DNA of 64,000 bases from Lingula anatina (lineage: Eukaryota > Animalia > Brachiopoda). The position numbers and the translations under genes are program-made. The notes beneath the pieces are model-generated. The model was not told the DNA's origin, searched no databases, and worked only from the letters and a program-made list of their open reading frames with translations. The DNA lies in the NCBI GenBank assembly GCA_051362555.1, contig CM120640.1:55158788-55222787 (forward strand), written 5' to 3'. Position 1 is the stretch's first letter; each line of letters opens with the position of its first letter. Below are positions 59,768 through 64,000 of this stretch, in pieces.

Positions 59768-60604
59768 TCAATGTTGTTTACAAAAAAGTAAGAAATTTTC
59801 ACTTTCCGAGTTGCCTTTAAAGAGTTTTAATTTTTTCAAATTACAACTAACATGGTGTAAGCCTTCATCAGAATAGATGCAACCTGTTATAATTAATTCT
59901 TCCAAATTGGGAAGACTCTTGGCAACAATATTTATACCATCATCATTTATTCTATAACATCCATGCAGATCTAATGATTTTAAAGTTTTTGCTTTGCAGA
60001 TTTCTTTTAAATGAGTGTTGTTGACTTTACATCCTTGCAAAATCAGATGAGTCAATTTTGGCAGTTGTGACACTATCTCTGGATACCATTCTGCTGGGAA
60101 AATACATTTGCTTAGATTTAATAGTGTTAAACTTGAAGGCAATGGACTTCTTTTTAAGTTGACATCTTCTAAGTTGGACAAAATGATATGAAGTTCTCTC
60201 ACATTTGGACATCTTTCTCGCATGTCTTTTAAAGCTGCTTCTGAAAAAGATGGTTTCTTCTTCTTTGGCCCTAAATATTTATAAAAAAGAATAAAAGTAT
60301 TTTGTTTCCATAGTTATAAATATTCAAAAAAGTAAAATAAACAATGCGCACAACAAGAGGAATCTACTACTAGTATGAACTGCAATGATGATGTCAATTT
60401 TTTTAGAAATAGAAGTGTCCAGCATTTTTAATTGGCTTTTTACCTGAATCCAAAAACCCTCTCATTTTAACAGTTAGAACAGCTTCTGAAAAGTGTGCTC
60501 TCATCAATTTCCACATATTTGGTAAATTGATCTTGTAATCAGAAAGATCAACATGTTTCCATAAGGTTTTGTCATTCGCAATCCTTCTCCATTGGGAACA
60601 GACT
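59768..60604 (-). CDS. F-box/LRR-repeat protein, FBXL12-like, last two coding exons; the first exon(s) were not found in the window
   Basis: Exon 60604-60444 reads RVCSQWRRIANDKTLWKHVDLSDYKINLPNMWKLMRAHFSEAVLTVKMRGFLDS (F-box C-terminal half). Exon 60270-59768 reads GPKKKKPSFSEAALKDMRERCPNVRELHI..., followed by cysteine-containing LRRs (LKSLDLHGCYRINDDGI). Phases are consistent. Confidence 0.82.
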
Positions 60605-60914
60605 CTGTAAGTGTAAAAAATATATATTTAAAAAACATGAGTCAGAAAAAGACTTTCAACTTCAGTTATGGTTGCATTTCATTTTACCTGTATTAGTCAG
60701 AACATTTTATTTTAAAAGCACATGCACTCCATGGGGTTGAAAATCCCCCATAAGCCTATTTTTCCATCTACAGCTTCTTATAAAAACCTTAAATTCACCT
60801 TAAAAATTCACCTTAAATAATTTTTGCTGGAGTGTACCTGATGTTTATATTTCCATCGGAGCTTAAGAAGATGGTTGATGGTTGTAATGACTGGCCAGTC
60901 ATTTTAAACTAATA

Positions 60915-61491
60915 CCCCGTTCACACTACAGTCATTTATTCGAATAAATTGTGAATTAGGTCCTGATTCAAATAATTGTAGTAATCTGAATGCGTGAGGA
61001 TTTTTGTTCACTGGTTTCTCAAAATCCTGGTAGCGGGCTAAATTTTATTCAGCGATTTGAATAATTTACCAGGACTGACAGCTGCGGATGTGTGCAGTAA
61101 AAAGCTGGTAGCTATGAACACTTGTTTATCACTTTAAGGATTGCACCAAACATATTTGGAGGTCACTGCTCACTATAACATGGGGATTGAAACATAAACT
61201 TATTTTGTCATCTGATACGTTTCACGAATACTGTAATGTCTTTGAGTTGCACTTGCCGTCACAAATAAAGACAAAAGCTGAGTACGATTAGAGTTGTAAA
61301 TGGCACCATATTTTTGTTTGGTAATTTGAGTTTTCCTGTGCGAGTTTTCAAAACAGAAAGTTAAACCTAAAATTTTTTAACTTGAGACTCAGTTTTGCTT
61401 TGGGTGTGTAAACAAACAAGGGAATTGGATTTTTCACCAAAAGTTTGAATTTAAAAAATCAAGATTTTTCAGATGGCAGTGTGAATGGGGT
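60915..61491. mobile_element. Harbinger-like MITE
   Basis: TIRs accccgttcacactac / gcagtgtgaatggggt. Confidence 0.6.
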
Positions 61492-61652
61492 ATAAATCAA
61501 CCCTTATTAATTCAATTAAAGGTCAAATCCAAGTGCAGAGAGGGATAGATAACGATGTAAATTGTAAGTGCATGCGATAAAATTGCTTATTTCCCCAGGA
61601 AAATCCATTTTGGCCAGCAAGTCCCATGGAGGTGTCCTTTAAGTCAAGTTAA

Positions 61653-61930
61653 AGGGATAATAACTCTTCATATGAGATCTATATTTCACAATAAAAACAT
61701 TGTGAAGAACTAGCTCACAGAAATATAATACATTCTTTTTTACCACAAAAACGGCAGTTATAGCTCTTATTCTGATATCCGAGCTTGTCTTTAGACCACG
61801 TGACCTCCATTGAAGGCTATACTCTGTTAAAATCTCTTAAAGAGATTTTAACAAAAAACCAAACTTTTTAGAAAAAAACCAGGGACTAACTTTGAATGTA
61901 AAAATGGATTCATTAACCATTAGTAAGTAT
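61653..61930 (+). mobile_element. Right-truncated copy of the Kolobok-like MITE
   Basis: Matches 8394-8670, then breaks off at gtaagtatg. Confidence 0.85.
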
Positions 61931-62279
61931 GATTGCGCTTGATAGGCATGAACAGGTAAAAAGAGCCAACTAGATCACAAAGGTGTCAAGAAATAAGATG
62001 CACCCTATGCGTAACGGACAACAGCAACTGATTCAATAAGATCTACTGTATGGCAGAATTAATCCTTTTTTCATAAACCTAGCATAATTGTACAAATAAA
62101 AAAGTGTGAGTTAACAGACGAAATTTTACATAGCATTGTATTCAGTAATTTAAAGATGCGTAACGAAGGAAATTCCCTTGCGTCAGTTTTCGGCCATACG
62201 TGGTCACTGGTAAGAGGTAAGGGTACCGTGAGCATGTAAGAAAAACTGAGACAAGAAATTGTGTTTCAAGCTGTGAAGG

Positions 62280-62347
<68 letters not shown>

Positions 62348-62350
<3 letters not shown>

Positions 62351-63698
62351 GGTTCTCCCCATGCCTTTATAGCGTATCGGCACCGATACGCATCTCTTTT
62401 TGCCGATACGCATCACTTTTTGCCGATACGCTTCTTTTTTGCCGACACGATTCTTTGAACTCCGATACCCTTTAAGAGTGTGTGAGTGACCAATGCCTTT
62501 AATGCCTTTATTCCTGACAGTAGCGACGTAAACGACTTGTGTGCGTACTTGGATCTCTTGTGTGCACGTTAAGTTGTTTATTTTTATTCTGCCTGGCGCA
62601 GTAATACAAGTATTAACTTCTCATGTTGAGGGCGCGGGACCTGCGTCCTGACAAGTTTTGAATATCAACATCCGCTTTAGGTTCGTCATCAATGTGATTC
62701 TGTGAGATTTGTTTGCTTTATCTGTATTTTTGGAGAAATATAATAAATAGTCTATCCTTCATGTTATTTTGACTGAAGAATAGTAGCAGTCGTGATCATT
62801 TATAAATAAATGTATCCATGCGGCAAGAGAAAATATCAGAAAAGATGCAACGCTATTTTTACATAAGCGCCTGTCCGGGACAGGTAAAAATTCAGCTCGG
62901 ACAGGTGCAGTGTTGGCTGTCCGACAGACAGGTCATGATTTATGAGAAATTTGGAGCAAAAATCTTTTAAAAAATCATTTTTGATGCATACCAACGTCTT
63001 TTTGTCTCCTCCTAGACGGTACTGAAAAGAGTGACCTACTTCTGGCACAAAACACGTGCAGGCGCAAAACGAAGTCTGAGCAAACTTACAGCTAAATTAT
63101 GAAAGTGAAGGGGTCCGCCATATAGATAAACGTCCCAATAAAATATTCGTCCCGATAGATACGTCTCTATACATACACGTCTCAATAGATTTACGTCTCG
63201 TTAAATTTACGTTCCGATAGATCCACCAACAGATTCCTATAAACCCACGTATCTTTAGATCCAGGTACCGCTAGATCCATATCTATCTGACATCGTAATC
63301 GGCTAAAAGGCCGATATCAACTTGTGATAGGCCTACAGGTATGAGGCTTTCGAGTGATAGTCTGGGTGCGAATACTGATCCACTTAGTGATCTGACTTCA
63401 TGTATGTTCGTGTCTACACGTCTATCACACTCTAAAGTTCGGGAACGCGTCGTAAACATGAAACAGAACACATTTTAAGTGTGCAAATGTTAGCTCTGAT
63501 ATGTTGTAATGATTTAATGCCAGCTTCAGATTGCATGAAATTGCACCCTTTTTGCATGAAATAATGAAAGTTTTTCCTCCGGAGGGCACATGCCCGGACC
63601 CCCCCCCCCCCCCCCCCCCCCCTTTGTGCCTTGCTTTGCATTAATCGGTACTCTCGCGTAAAAAAAATAAGGGCTATTTTCAAATCCTGGGGAGAACC

Positions 63699-63701
<3 letters not shown>
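62348..63701. mobile_element. CAGGG-ended TIR element inserted in a (TA)n tract; a second element of the family starts at 63760
   Basis: (TA)n|cagggttctcccca ... tggggagaaccctg|(TA)n|cagggttctccccagg. It contains a nested copy of the 41559 element at 63111-63490. Confidence 0.75.
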
Positions 63702-63762
<61 letters not shown>

Positions 63763-64000
63763 GGTTCTCCCCAGGATTTATATATACCCGGTCCTCCGAA
63801 AACCGCGAAAACCAGAAGTTGGTCGGCGAAAACCTCACTATAACCTACGATGTTCTCGACAAATTGCTGTAATATTTGGTACTTTAGCACTGTTACACGT
63901 CCTGAATAAACAGTATGAAACGTTCAAATATGCTTCGATGCAATACATTCAATTGCAAAAATTACCTTGCTATGCGACAAAGATCCTTGGTACTCAAATA

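Noticed and set aside
62204-63890. ORFs with IYIYIY runs (also the N-terminal half of 17991-18224)
   Set aside because: These are translations of (TA)n microsatellites.

Overview
AT-rich animal genomic DNA, probably a lophotrochozoan such as a mollusc (inferred from gene orthology and repeat types). It is not prokaryotic and has no CRISPR array. I reconstructed five spliced genes by hand, with phase-consistent splice sites. (1) The 3' part of tailless/TLX (NR2E1), + strand, 259-3016. (2) A complete, divergent 6-exon Sox/MATA-type HMG-box gene, + strand, 5798-9953, about 497 aa, with a CRE-rich promoter. (3) SYCP1, - strand, 40464-10558, 30 coding exons, about 1108 aa, tail-to-tail with the HMG gene. 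(4) MEAF6/Eaf6, - strand, 58710 to about 46766 or 43951, probably with a GC-AG intron. (5) The 3' exons of an FBXL12-like F-box/LRR gene, - strand. Introns are dense in mobile DNA. This includes a Rex1/Babar LINE, L2/CR1 fragments, a decayed 5.2-kb THAP-Kolobok element, and a 3.8-kb TTAA-flanked TIR element carrying a decayed spliced SWIM/PHD-like gene. It also includes Helentron-type non-autonomous elements (one with a ~145-bp AGGTCA-rich tandem array), several MITE families, and a DIRS RT fragment lying between two copies of a 201-bp duplication. All family calls come from recognising motifs by eye; no database search was run.
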